Origin: an uncultured bacterium
Lineage (GTDB): Bacteria; Desulfobacterota_D; UBA1144; Nemesobacterales; UBA2774
Assembly (NCBI GenBank): GCA_963705505.1
Contig: CAVPJU010000006.1
Coordinates: forward strand, 128,001 to 192,000
DNA length: 64,000 bases
Direction: 5' to 3'
This document shows positions 33,475 through 43,256 of this stretch, one piece after another. The position numbers were made by a program, and so were the translations under genes. The first letter of the stretch is position 1. Each line of letters opens with the position of its first letter. The notes under the pieces were generated by a model. That model was not told the DNA's origin, ran no database searches, and saw only the letters and a list, made by a program, of their open reading frames with translations.

Positions 33475-34987
33475 TCATCCCGAAAAACGCTCGTTTTTGA
33501 ACAAATTAGCCACAATTGGCTTCGTAACCTTGCCCATCTGGTTACGGGGAAGCTCTTTGATCACTAAAATCCTCGACGGAACCTTATATGGGGCAAGCCT
33601 CTCCCTGCACCATTCCCTGAGCGATTCCAGACTCACCTCTTTGTCCCCGGTCATGACGAGGGCCGCGCACACCCTCTCTCCCCACTCTTCATCCTCTACG
33701 CCTACGACTGCGCATTCCTCTATGCCCGGGTGCCCCCTCAGGACCTCCTCTATTTCGAGAGCTGAAATTTTATATCCCCCGCTCTTAATAATGTCGACGG
33801 ATTTCCTCCCGAGTATCCTGTAGATCCCGTCCCTGTTGCGCTCGGCGAGGTCGCCGGTCTTAAACCATCCCCCCTCTGTGAAAGCTTCAGCGGTGGAATC
33901 GTGTTTATTCCAGTATTCGAGAAAAACGTTTTTTCCTCTTACAACGATCTCGCCCGTCCCCTCGCCTGCGATTACGCTCCCGCCTTCGTCAATGAGCCTC
34001 ACATCCACTCCCGGCAGGTGTCCGCCCACATGACCGGGCATTCTCTTCACCCCGGAGAGGATTTGAAAGCGCCATGCCGATCTCGGTCATCCCGTACCTT
34101 TCAAGGAGCACATGGCCGCTTATCTCCCTCCATTTCTCTAAAGTGCTGACCGGTAAAGCCGCAGAGCCCGAAACCATCAAGCGCATCTTCCGGCATGCCC
34201 CGCTCATTATCTTCTTTTTCTCATCCGGGGCCTCGTCCCATGAACGGATGAGCCTCGAATATATGGTCGGGACAGCCATAAACAGCGTGTAGTCATTTTC
34301 TATGAACTTTTCCCATACGCCCAAGGCGTCAAAGCCCCGCACTAATTCGCACCGTGCGCCCGACCAGAGAGCGCATAGTAGCGCGTTCAGGATGCCGTGT
34401 AGGTGGTGAAGAGGGAGCACGTTGAGAATGAAATCATTTCGAGACCACTCCCATGCTTTTACGAGCGAGGTGATCTGGGCCTTGATGTTGGCGTGTGTGG
34501 TAACCACACCTTTGGGCCTGCTCGTTGTCCCGCTTGTGTAGATTATCATCGCCCTCCGCTTCTCGCTCACCTGAGGCAGACGCCGATTTTTAGAAGAGAG
34601 GGCCTCTTCCGACCCCATAAACCTCGCCTTCCTGCGACGAGCGAGATTCCTGAGCCTGTCTTCAAACTCAGGCGACGCAATTACGACTTCGGCGCCGCTG
34701 TCATGAAGCACATAGTCGAGCTCGGGGTCGGGATGAGAGACGCACAAAGGTACCGCAATCCCTCCCGCGCGCCACACGCCGAGAATGACCGCAACGTACT
34801 CGAAGCTGGAAGGAATTAAGAATGCGACCCTCTTTTCGTTTAAATCTTTCTCACCGTCGAGAAGGTTAAAGGCGACTGATTCAGAGGATTTTTCCAAATC
34901 GCCATAGGTATAAGACCCCTTATAATCGGTGATCGCAACGTTACCCCTGTACCCGGATACTTTTTTAACCAGCTCTATATGATTCAT
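33475..34987 (-). pseudogene. acyl-CoA synthetase (MatB/ACSF3-like) with one +1 frameshift at about 34045
   Basis: YTSGTTSRPKG and ERYGMTEIGM...SNPL in ORF 33989-34987. WFKTGD, IIKSGGYK and PRNQMGK in ORF 33475-34050. Confidence 0.88.
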
Positions 34988-35094
34988 AAACCGACCTTAT
35001 AAGTCGTCCTCCCTGTATTCTAACCCCGGCTTCATGACTCTAAATTATAATTAGCCCCAAATATTTGGTAAAATTAGTTTATATTCAAGATAAA

Positions 35095-35637
35095 ATGGAC
35101 ACGGTAAATATTTTGGAAATAGCGGAGCTGGGGAATCCCGCGCTCAGGGAGAGGGCATACGAAGTCGAAGACATACATGACCCCGGGGTGCAGAGCTTTA
35201 TAGACGATCTTATCGTAACGGGGCTTAATGCGAACGGCGTCGGTATCGCCGCTCCGCAAGTATCCGTGCCCAAACGCATATTCATAGTTTCTTCCCGCCC
35301 GAATATCCGGTACCCGAACGCGCCCGTAATGGAGCCGACAGCGATAATCAATCCCGAGATAGTTTCATACTCAGAGGAAACCGTAAAGGACTGGGAGGGA
35401 TGTCTCAGCATTCCGGGCATAAGGGGACTAGTCCCGCGCCACAGATCCGTGCGTGTCAAATACCTCTTGAGAGACGGAACAAGGGAGGAGAGAGAGTTCT
35501 CCGACTTTATCGCGCGGATATTTCAGCACGAATACGACCATCTGAACGGGGTCCTTTTCCTCGACCGCCTCGAGTCAAACAAGGATATAATTACGGAAAG
35601 GGAATACATGAAGCTCTTGCACAGAGAATCGGAATAA
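35095..35637 (+). CDS. def: peptide deformylase
   Basis: GVGIAAPQ, EGCLS, QHEYDHL. Confidence 0.96.
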   Translation: MDTVNILEIAELGNPALRERAYEVEDIHDPGVQSFIDDLIVTGLNANGVGIAAPQVSVPKRIFIVSSRPNIRYPNAPVMEPTAIINPEIVSYSEETVKDWEGCLSIPGIRGLVPRHRSVRVKYLLRDGTREEREFSDFIARIFQHEYDHLNGVLFLDRLESNKDIITEREYMKLLHRESE

Positions 35638-35650
35638 ACCGGAGAGAATA

Positions 35651-36436
35651 ATGACCTTCCTGAAATATTCGGCTGTAATAGCAACCGTGCTGTTTTACGC
35701 CGCGCTTTCCATTGCCGGGGATGATAACGATACTATATTCCAGACTTCGACGATCGGCGCGCTCATGGAGGGGGTCTATGACGGGAATTTCACATACGGT
35801 GAATTGAAAAAGCACGGAGACTTCGGTCTCGGAACGCTCAACGACCTCGACGGAGAGATGATAGGTCTCGACGGGGTTTTTTATCAGGTGAGATCGGACG
35901 GGAAAGTGTATGTCGTGCCGGATACGGCCAGGACGCCCTTTGCCGCGGTCACGTTTTTCGAGCCTGACAGGAGCCTCACGCTCGCAAAGCCGCTCGGATG
36001 TAAGGAGCTCGAGAGTTATCTCGAAACCCTTTTACCCTCGAAGAACATATTCTACGCCCTGAAGATAGAAGGGAGCTTCGACTATGTAAAAACCAGAAGC
36101 GTCCCGAGGCAGAAAAAACCGTTCCCGCCCCTTGCCGAAGTCGTCAAGCACGAATCGTTCTTCGAGTTCAACGACATAAAGGGGACTATGGTCGGTTTCT
36201 GGCTCCCCGAATACATGAAGGATATAAACACGACCGGATTCCATCTCCATTTTATTACCGGGGACAAAGGAGCCGGGGGGCACGTGCTTGACTGCACTGT
36301 AAATAACGTGAGGATAGAAATCGACTATACGAGGAAGCTAGATATATCGCTTCCGGAAACGAGTGACTTCTATAACGCGGATTTGACAAAAGCGGGCGGC
36401 AGCGAAGTTAACAAAGTGGAAAACGAAAAAAACTGA
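35651..36436 (+). CDS. budA: alpha-acetolactate decarboxylase with signal-like N-terminus
   Basis: GDFGLGT, LDGE, GFHLHF, GGHV. Confidence 0.93.
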   Translation: MTFLKYSAVIATVLFYAALSIAGDDNDTIFQTSTIGALMEGVYDGNFTYGELKKHGDFGLGTLNDLDGEMIGLDGVFYQVRSDGKVYVVPDTARTPFAAVTFFEPDRSLTLAKPLGCKELESYLETLLPSKNIFYALKIEGSFDYVKTRSVPRQKKPFPPLAEVVKHESFFEFNDIKGTMVGFWLPEYMKDINTTGFHLHFITGDKGAGGHVLDCTVNNVRIEIDYTRKLDISLPETSDFYNADLTKAGGSEVNKVENEKN

Positions 36437-36531
36437 ACGGCTGCAATTTACAATCGAGAAGGCGGGAGCGGAGGACCGCTGCGGATCGTCGCGCTCGTCC
36501 CGGAAACGAATTGAGCGGGTAAAATATAAAC

Positions 36532-36927
36532 ATGAATACCGGAATTCAAACCAGAAAACGGGCGATCGAAGAAGGGAAACAGAGGGACATCACGGAAGCG
36601 GCGAAGGAGGCCGGACTCCTGGTGCCGGTATTTATAACTTCCACTGTTTGGGATAAATGGATTACGCCCGACGAAGATGGCCCGAGGACCGTGGAAGACG
36701 AGAAGATGAGGCTCAGAAGCATACTGGACAAGCTCTTATACTTTATCAGGGTCCACCGCCAGACCAATAGATCCAATCTTATATATTTCCCCGTCCCTTT
36801 TACAAAGGAGGGGAAAGAGGAAAACGTACAGCTTATGTCCCACCTCGGCCCGCTCGAGAGGGCTGACCAGAGACCCTGCATCACCATAATGACCCCGGAG
36901 GAATACGACCTCGAAAAAGGGGTATAA
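36532..36927 (+). CDS. hypothetical protein (DUF6573-like)
   Basis: TR.RAIE.G...D....A.EAG...PV..T..VW and ITIMTPEE motifs, recalled from that family. Confidence 0.55.
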   Translation: MNTGIQTRKRAIEEGKQRDITEAAKEAGLLVPVFITSTVWDKWITPDEDGPRTVEDEKMRLRSILDKLLYFIRVHRQTNRSNLIYFPVPFTKEGKEENVQLMSHLGPLERADQRPCITIMTPEEYDLEKGV

Positions 36928-37068
36928 AGAATAGCGCCTTTACATCCATGATACCGACCGTCCATTTGAGAGAGTGAAAACCGGGAGCCCTCGTTTTCAT
37001 AAGCATGGGACAAGCCGGTCATACAGAAACTCTAAATAATGTATAATATTCCATGACCGGGACTGGTT

Positions 37069-38211
37069 ATGGAATATAGAGAAATTTATCTCGATAACAA
37101 CGCAACTACGAAGCCGCTTCCCGAAGTCAGGGAAGAGGTCTATAAAATACTGGGCGATGAATTCGGGAACCCTTCGAGCGCTCACTCGACCGGCGAAAGG
37201 GCCAGGAGGTATCTGGCCAATGCCCGGAACCAGGTAGCGGAACTCATCGGATCGAGCCCCTCTAAAATCACTTTCACGAGCTCGGGAACAGAGTCAAACA
37301 ATATGGCGTTTTATTCCTGCACAAGGGACAAGGGAAAGAAATGCCGCGTCATCACGAGCACCGTCGAGCACTCATCGATAAGAAAAATGTGCAGCTACCT
37401 TTGCATAAACGGTGTGGAAATAAAGCTGATCCGGGTAGATTCGAAAGGCCTGGTTAACCTCGACGAGCTGAAGAAAACGATAAACGAATACACGACGCTC
37501 GTTTCCATACAGTGGGCTAACAACGAAACAGGGGTCGTACAGCCTGTAACCGAGATCGGCGAAATCTGCCGCGAGAGCGGAGTCCCGTTCCATACGGATG
37601 CGGCTCAGGCCGTAGGGAAAATAGAAATGAGGGTAGAGGACCTCCCGATCGATTTCCTGTCGTTTACCGGGCATAAATTCCACGGACCCCAGGGCGCGGG
37701 AGTCATATACTCGAGAGATAAGTTCATGCTCGCGCCGATAATGTTCGGTGGGTTTCAGGAGGAGGGATTCCGTCCGGGGACCGAGAATCTTCCGGGGATT
37801 GTAGGACTGGGTAAGGCGGCTGAGCTCAGAAAGAAGGACCTCTTAAAGCTCATTTCGTACATGAAGGAATTGAGGGACAGGTTCGAGGCCATGATACTCG
37901 ATTTCATCCCGGGGACCAGGGTAAACGGTGACATAAAGAACAGGATATGCAACACCACTAACATTATGTTCGGAGGAATAGACGGGAGGAAGCTCGTCAG
38001 AGAGCTGGACGAGGTCGGGGTAAGGTGCTCCCAGAGCTCCGCATGTACTAATTTCGAAGTTTCTCCCTCGTACGTGCTATGTTCGATGGGGCTCTCCGAA
38101 AAGGACGCATATTCCAGTATCCGCTTCAGTTTTTCCGTGGAGAACACTTTTGAAGAAGTCGATAGAGCGGTTGACCTGATCAGAAATCTGTGCGACGAGC
38201 TGAGGGCTTGA
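37069..38211 (+). CDS. group I cysteine desulfurase (IscS/NifS family)
   Basis: YLDNNATT, GNPSS, ANNETG, HTDAAQ, GHKFHGP, SSAC. Confidence 0.93.
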   Translation: MEYREIYLDNNATTKPLPEVREEVYKILGDEFGNPSSAHSTGERARRYLANARNQVAELIGSSPSKITFTSSGTESNNMAFYSCTRDKGKKCRVITSTVEHSSIRKMCSYLCINGVEIKLIRVDSKGLVNLDELKKTINEYTTLVSIQWANNETGVVQPVTEIGEICRESGVPFHTDAAQAVGKIEMRVEDLPIDFLSFTGHKFHGPQGAGVIYSRDKFMLAPIMFGGFQEEGFRPGTENLPGIVGLGKAAELRKKDLLKLISYMKELRDRFEAMILDFIPGTRVNGDIKNRICNTTNIMFGGIDGRKLVRELDEVGVRCSQSSACTNFEVSPSYVLCSMGLSEKDAYSSIRFSFSVENTFEEVDRAVDLIRNLCDELRA

Positions 38212-38341
38212 AGATACGACCGCCATTCCTAACCACCCATAAAACATACTGCTGCGACAAATCCCAAACATCGATTTATTACCCGACTGACAACGTGCAA
38301 ATCCCGCCTTCCGGCAAATATCGGGAACCGGAAAATAAACC

Positions 38342-38902
38342 ATGGACAAGGAAAAAAAGAATATCCTTATAACCGGGCTCCCCGGCATAGGGAAAACCAC
38401 CCTTATAAAGCAGCTGCTTTATAAATTAGAGAGATACGATCCGGTAGGGTTTTACACGGAGGAGATACGGCACAAGGAGGAGAGGAAAGGGTTTCAGATC
38501 GTAAGCCTGGACGGGAAGAGGTCGATCCTCGCCCATGTTTTTATCGACAGCCCCTACCAGATCGGCAAGTATAAAGTGGACATCAACGGTTTCGACTCTT
38601 TCCTCGATTCCTTAAACATTCATGAGCATAAAAATAACCCGATAATTATCGACGAGATCGGCAAAATGGAGTGTCTTTCCGTAAAATTCGTGAGGATGAT
38701 ACAGGAAATACTGGACTCAGAAAATATCGTTATAGCGACAATTGCCCATACGGACGGTGGCATCAAGGGGAAAATCAAGGAAAGAGATGACGTACGGCTT
38801 TTTAAAATGAATCTCGAGAACAGGGAAACCATTATAGACGAGATAATAGAGACCCTGAGGAATTTCCCGCAATTAAGTCAATTGGGGGACGATGAGCAGT
38901 GA
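38342..38902 (+). CDS. NTPase (THEP1/NTPase_1 family)
   Basis: ITGLPGIGKTT, GFYTEE, IIDEIGKME. Confidence 0.9.
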   Translation: MDKEKKNILITGLPGIGKTTLIKQLLYKLERYDPVGFYTEEIRHKEERKGFQIVSLDGKRSILAHVFIDSPYQIGKYKVDINGFDSFLDSLNIHEHKNNPIIIDEIGKMECLSVKFVRMIQEILDSENIVIATIAHTDGGIKGKIKERDDVRLFKMNLENRETIIDEIIETLRNFPQLSQLGDDEQ

Positions 38903-38944
38903 TTCCCCTTAGTTGAGAGAAACCGTTTTAACGAACTCATCCCC

Positions 38945-39592
38945 TTACCGCGGGCATGAATCAAGGCAGTTATACTCGGCCTCCTTGCACCCGCCGAGGC
39001 ACTCTCCGCGCTTTCCGCCGCCGGAACCTTCTTCCGAAAACATACCGCAGCTTACTTCGCATTCCTTGCGCTTTTCACCGCAGGGTCCTTCGCATGGGTT
39101 ATTCTCGTAGACCTCCGGATTAAACGTCGGAGCGGCATTAGGGTTCGCACAAAAGTTATTACACTTATCGAGTTCCACACCGCAGTCCTTCAAACAAGCC
39201 AACTTTTTGACGCTGGCTGCGCCGCCGCCTGTATACTTCGTGCATTCCTCGGCGCAGTCCTTGTTCTTATACTCGCAGGCACCCGTGCAGGACTTATCGT
39301 GATAGGCCTCGGGCCTGAGCGTAGGACGCGGGGTCGGGTTTACGCACCCCTTGTTACACTCGATAACTTCATTGCCGCAGGCATTTAGGCACTCCCTCTT
39401 TTTCTCGTTCTCGACTCCTCCGCCCATTATTTGAGAGCAGGAGAGCTCGCAATTCTTCCGGGAATTCTCACAGCTGTCGGGGCATGAAATTTCACCGGAA
39501 TTATCCGGGTCATCCGCGCCCCGGGATGAGTTAATACAGGGAATGAGTGAAAGGAGGGGTATCAAAATCAGCGCCGGCAGGAGTCTATACAT
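38945..39592 (-). CDS. exported Cys-rich repeat protein (3 repeats, 8 Cys each, 65-aa period)
   Basis: GAGGA then ATG 39592; hydrophobic N-terminus; six CX3CX6CX3C units. Confidence 0.8.
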   Translation of the reverse strand: MYRLLPALILIPLLSLIPCINSSRGADDPDNSGEISCPDSCENSRKNCELSCSQIMGGGVENEKKRECLNACGNEVIECNKGCVNPTPRPTLRPEAYHDKSCTGACEYKNKDCAEECTKYTGGGAASVKKLACLKDCGVELDKCNNFCANPNAAPTFNPEVYENNPCEGPCGEKRKECEVSCGMFSEEGSGGGKRGECLGGCKEAEYNCLDSCPR

Positions 39593-39709
39593 GGTATCAT
39601 CCTCAATTAATCTCATTCATGAATCTACCTGTGATTTCAGGGATTATGAAGAGAGAGATATCCGCACGGGGGCAGGCGGAGGGGAATTCGGCGAGGCAGC
39701 CGTAGTTCC

Positions 39710-39738
39710 TTGTTACATAATTACGCGCTCGTTATAAT
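39710..39738 (+). promoter_or_regulatory. sigma70-like promoter TTGTTA-17-TATAAT
   Basis: The -10 ends 8 nt before ATG 39747. Confidence 0.6.
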
Positions 39739-39746
39739 TTGAAGCA

Positions 39747-41075
39747 ATGGATTCGGAACAGTTAAGAAGAGACGCAATTTCAATATTCGAGGCGGGTCTT
39801 AAAGCGGTCGATCCGGTGGACGCCGTAAAAAGACACATGAGGCTCAAGAACGGCATTCTCGCGCTCGACGGCCGGAGATACAACCTCTCGGAATATGAAA
39901 ACGTTTACGTAATCGGAATGGGAAAAGCGGCCGCCTCCATGGCCCGCGCCGTTGAGGAGATATTGGGAGAGAGTCTTACGGCCGGGATAATAAACGTTAA
40001 ATACGGGCATACAGCCGAGCTCAAGAGCGTAAAAATAAATGAAGCGGGCCATCCCGTGCCGGACGCTGCCGGTCTCAGCGGGGCGCGGGAGATCGTCGGG
40101 CTCCTAGGGAAAACGGGAGAAAACGACCTCGTGATCTGCCTCATATCGGGTGGAGGGTCTGCGCTGCTACCGCTGCCGGCAGAAGGCCTTACGCTCGAGG
40201 ACGAGCAGAATCTCACTAAAATATTGCTTGAATGCGGAGCCGCTATACACGAGATGAACGTACTCAGGAAGCACGTCTCTCAGGTCAAAGGAGGACGGCT
40301 CGCGAGGCTCGCTTACCCTTCTGCGGTGATTTCGCTCATACTGTCAGACGTGACGGGGGACGACCTCGACGCGATTGCCTCGGGCCCTACAGTCCCCGAC
40401 AAAAGCACGTTCGGAGACTGCATAAATATCATCGAAAAATATGACCTCGGAGAAAAGCTCCCGCGTCGGGTGCTCAGGTACATAGAAAAGGGCTTGAGCC
40501 GGGAGATCGAAGAGACGCCGAAACCCGGCGACCCGGCTTTTGACCGCACGCAGAATATGGTAATCGCGAGTAACATCATGGCCGCCCTCGCGGCAAAAGA
40601 TAGGGCCTCAGAGCTCGGATACAGGAGCCTCCTCCTCTCCACTTTCATAAGCGGGGAGACGACAGGGGCGGCCAGGATGCACACCGCAATCGCCAGGGAG
40701 ATAATCTCGTCCGGAAACCCCGTGGATAAACCCGCGTGCATCATATCGGGCGGGGAGACGACCGTAACGATAAAAGGCAAAGGGTCCGGCGGCAGGAATC
40801 AGGAATTCGTACTGTCGGCGGCAATCGATATCGAAGGACTTGAAAATGTTCTTGTGCTGAGCGGCGGGACCGACGGGACCGACGGCCCTACCGACGCAGC
40901 GGGGGCGATTGCGGACGGCACAACGATAGGAAGGGCGCGAATATTGGGATTGAACGCATACGAACGCCTCAGCGAAAACGACTCCTACAATTTTTTTAAG
41001 CCGCTCGGCGATCTCCTCTACACGGGACCGACAAATACAAATGTTATGGATTTAAGGGTTATACTGGTGGCATAA
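39747..41075 (+). CDS. glycerate 2-kinase (MOFRL/TtuD family)
   Basis: GKAA, GHPVPD, ISGGGSAL, IASGPT, GGETTV, GRNQE, GTDGTDG, TNVMD. Confidence 0.95.
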   Translation: MDSEQLRRDAISIFEAGLKAVDPVDAVKRHMRLKNGILALDGRRYNLSEYENVYVIGMGKAAASMARAVEEILGESLTAGIINVKYGHTAELKSVKINEAGHPVPDAAGLSGAREIVGLLGKTGENDLVICLISGGGSALLPLPAEGLTLEDEQNLTKILLECGAAIHEMNVLRKHVSQVKGGRLARLAYPSAVISLILSDVTGDDLDAIASGPTVPDKSTFGDCINIIEKYDLGEKLPRRVLRYIEKGLSREIEETPKPGDPAFDRTQNMVIASNIMAALAAKDRASELGYRSLLLSTFISGETTGAARMHTAIAREIISSGNPVDKPACIISGGETTVTIKGKGSGGRNQEFVLSAAIDIEGLENVLVLSGGTDGTDGPTDAAGAIADGTTIGRARILGLNAYERLSENDSYNFFKPLGDLLYTGPTNTNVMDLRVILVA

Positions 41076-41212
41076 AGCCGATGAATTTTAATAAAAGATC
41101 AGAAATATATAATAATATGCAGTATGGGAATGAGACCAGCTCCGACAAAAAACTGTCAGACCGACGACTCTTCTGATATACTTAAAAAACCGAACGTGAA
41201 GGGTTAATATAA

Positions 41213-42415
41213 TTGAATCCCAGCCAATTCATCACCGATATTATAAATGAAATCAGCATACCGGGTCTCTTCGATATCGCTTTCATGTCTCTTCTTATCT
41301 ACTCGGTACTCGTATTATTCAATAAGACAAAAGCGCGGTTCGTGCTCACGGGCGTAATCATAATCAGTATAATCTACCTCCTGGCCCGCCAGTTTAACCT
41401 GGTACTCACGACCTCGGTGCTCCAGACGTTCTTTGCAGTCATATTTATCGCTCTCATAATAATCTTCCAGGAAGAGATAAGGCAGTTCCTGGAGCAAATC
41501 GCGCTCTGGAGCCTGAACCCGCAGCTGGCCCTGGAGAGATCCCGCGGCTCGTCCCGGGAGGAAATAGAAGTTCTTGTAAATACAATTACCGATCTTGCGA
41601 AGGACAAAATCGGAGCCCTCATCGTCCTCCCCGGAAAAACTACTATAGAGAGGTCGGTCGAAGGGGGCAAGAACCTCAACGGAAAATTAAGTGAGCCGCT
41701 GCTTAAGAGCCTCCTCGATCCTCACTCGATAGGGCATGACGGAGCTATAATTATCGATAATGGAAATGTAGTTAAATTTTCCTGCCATCTTCCGCTTTCG
41801 AAAAACTTCGCCATGCTTCTGAACAGAGGCACAAGGCACGCAGCGGCACTGGGTTTATCGGAGTTAAGCGACGCCCTGTGTCTTGTCGTCTCGGAAGAAA
41901 AAGGCACTGTCTCCGTCGCAAGAAACGGTGAGCTGAGGGAGATCGGAAGCGAGCAGCTCAACCTCATCCTGGAAAAATTTTACAGTGAAGTGAACCCGAT
42001 TAAAAAAAGAACGCACTGGTTTACTTTTTTTACAAAAAATTACAGAGAAAAAGCTATTGCCATATTCATGGCGATCGCTCTCTGGTTCGTCTTTGTACAC
42101 GAATCGAAGCTCGTTTACATGACCTACAACGTTCCGGTCAAATATACTACGCTGCCATCGGACCTTAAGGTCGAGGACATAAAACCCGAGACGGTGAAAG
42201 TTACGTTCCTCGGTCCGAGAAGAGCGTTTTACTTCTTTAACGAGAAGGAGGTCGAGCTTTTCCTCAAGATCCCGGAGGCGAGGAAAGGGATAAAGACGGT
42301 AAATATATCGGAATCGAGTCTGAAATTCCCCAAGGATATTTCTCTTGAAAATATAGAGCCCCGGAGGGTCCTCGTAAGAATCGACAATACCAAGAAGAGC
42401 GGCAATAATAAATGA
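41213..42415 (+). CDS. membrane diadenylate cyclase (CdaA-like) fused to TM + YbbR-like domain
   Basis: Three N-terminal TMs, FQEEIR, HDGA, GTRHAAA, VVSEEKG, then a TM and a beta-rich C-terminus. Confidence 0.88.
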   Translation: MNPSQFITDIINEISIPGLFDIAFMSLLIYSVLVLFNKTKARFVLTGVIIISIIYLLARQFNLVLTTSVLQTFFAVIFIALIIIFQEEIRQFLEQIALWSLNPQLALERSRGSSREEIEVLVNTITDLAKDKIGALIVLPGKTTIERSVEGGKNLNGKLSEPLLKSLLDPHSIGHDGAIIIDNGNVVKFSCHLPLSKNFAMLLNRGTRHAAALGLSELSDALCLVVSEEKGTVSVARNGELREIGSEQLNLILEKFYSEVNPIKKRTHWFTFFTKNYREKAIAIFMAIALWFVFVHESKLVYMTYNVPVKYTTLPSDLKVEDIKPETVKVTFLGPRRAFYFFNEKEVELFLKIPEARKGIKTVNISESSLKFPKDISLENIEPRRVLVRIDNTKKSGNNK

Positions 42416-42514
42416 GTGGCGGCTTTTTTAACGGGCCGTCCCGTCCGCAGCATTGGTAATACTGAGCCAAGAGCCGAGACGGTCGGGTAATGTCACCCTA
42501 CTGCCGAGTCTCAC

Positions 42515-42886
42515 TCAAGCCAGGTCTATCGCATGTTTTTTTAAATCCTCGAGCGAAATGACATCGAGCACGGATTCATGGGTCGACGCGAGTATGACGG
42601 GAGGAGCGAACCCGCTATCAAGCGCTTCCTGCCACCTGAGCGCGCAGAGGCACCACCTGTCCCCCGGCTTTAAGCCCGGAAAATCGTACTCCGGATTCGG
42701 AGTGGTAAGATCATTCCCGCGCAATTTCGAAAATTCCAAGAACTCCCTTGTGACCTCGGTGCAGACAACATGCATGCCGAGGTCCTGAGGACCTGTCCTG
42801 CAGCATCCGTCACGGTAGAATCCGGTCATCGGGGATACCGAGCAGCTCTCGAGTTCTTCGCCGAATACGTTCTTTTCTCTCTGCAT
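42515..42886 (-). CDS. DUF2237 family protein
   Basis: NVFG, TGFYRDGCC, GNDL, GLKPGDRWCLC. Confidence 0.9.
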   Translation of the reverse strand: MQREKNVFGEELESCSVSPMTGFYRDGCCRTGPQDLGMHVVCTEVTREFLEFSKLRGNDLTTPNPEYDFPGLKPGDRWCLCALRWQEALDSGFAPPVILASTHESVLDVISLEDLKKHAIDLA

Positions 42887-43256
42887 ATCAGCTTCCGTTG
42901 AACTTGAATTGCCAAACGTGTTTCTTTTCTCAATAGATATAATATATCAAGGTCCGGGGCACGTAGAAATCAGGACGAAAAATTTATTTTGTATATCCTG
43001 TTCACCCGAAGCCGGAATTGACAGACCCGGCGGGGAATATAATTCCGCTAAATGACCCGAAACAGTCCGAACCCTATGCCTGTATTCAGGTACTTGATTG
43101 CGAACTCGTGATAGACTTATAATAATACTCATCCGAATATGGCGATTAATGTCAATAATATATACAGCGGTACTTTCAATGAACATATATCGGATGCCCC
43201 AAACCCCGACGAAATCAGAACGTCTATCGGGACGCGGAACTTAAAACCAGAACTCG

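Noticed and set aside
37069..38902. Dnd/Ssp phosphorothioation locus (desulfurase + NTPase)
   Set aside because: No PAPS-reductase-like DndC or SMC-like DndD; the NTPase is a small THEP1 type.
43018..43043. Perfect TTGACA and TATAAT upstream of the ECF gene
   Set aside because: The spacer is only 14 nt, too short for one sigma70 promoter.
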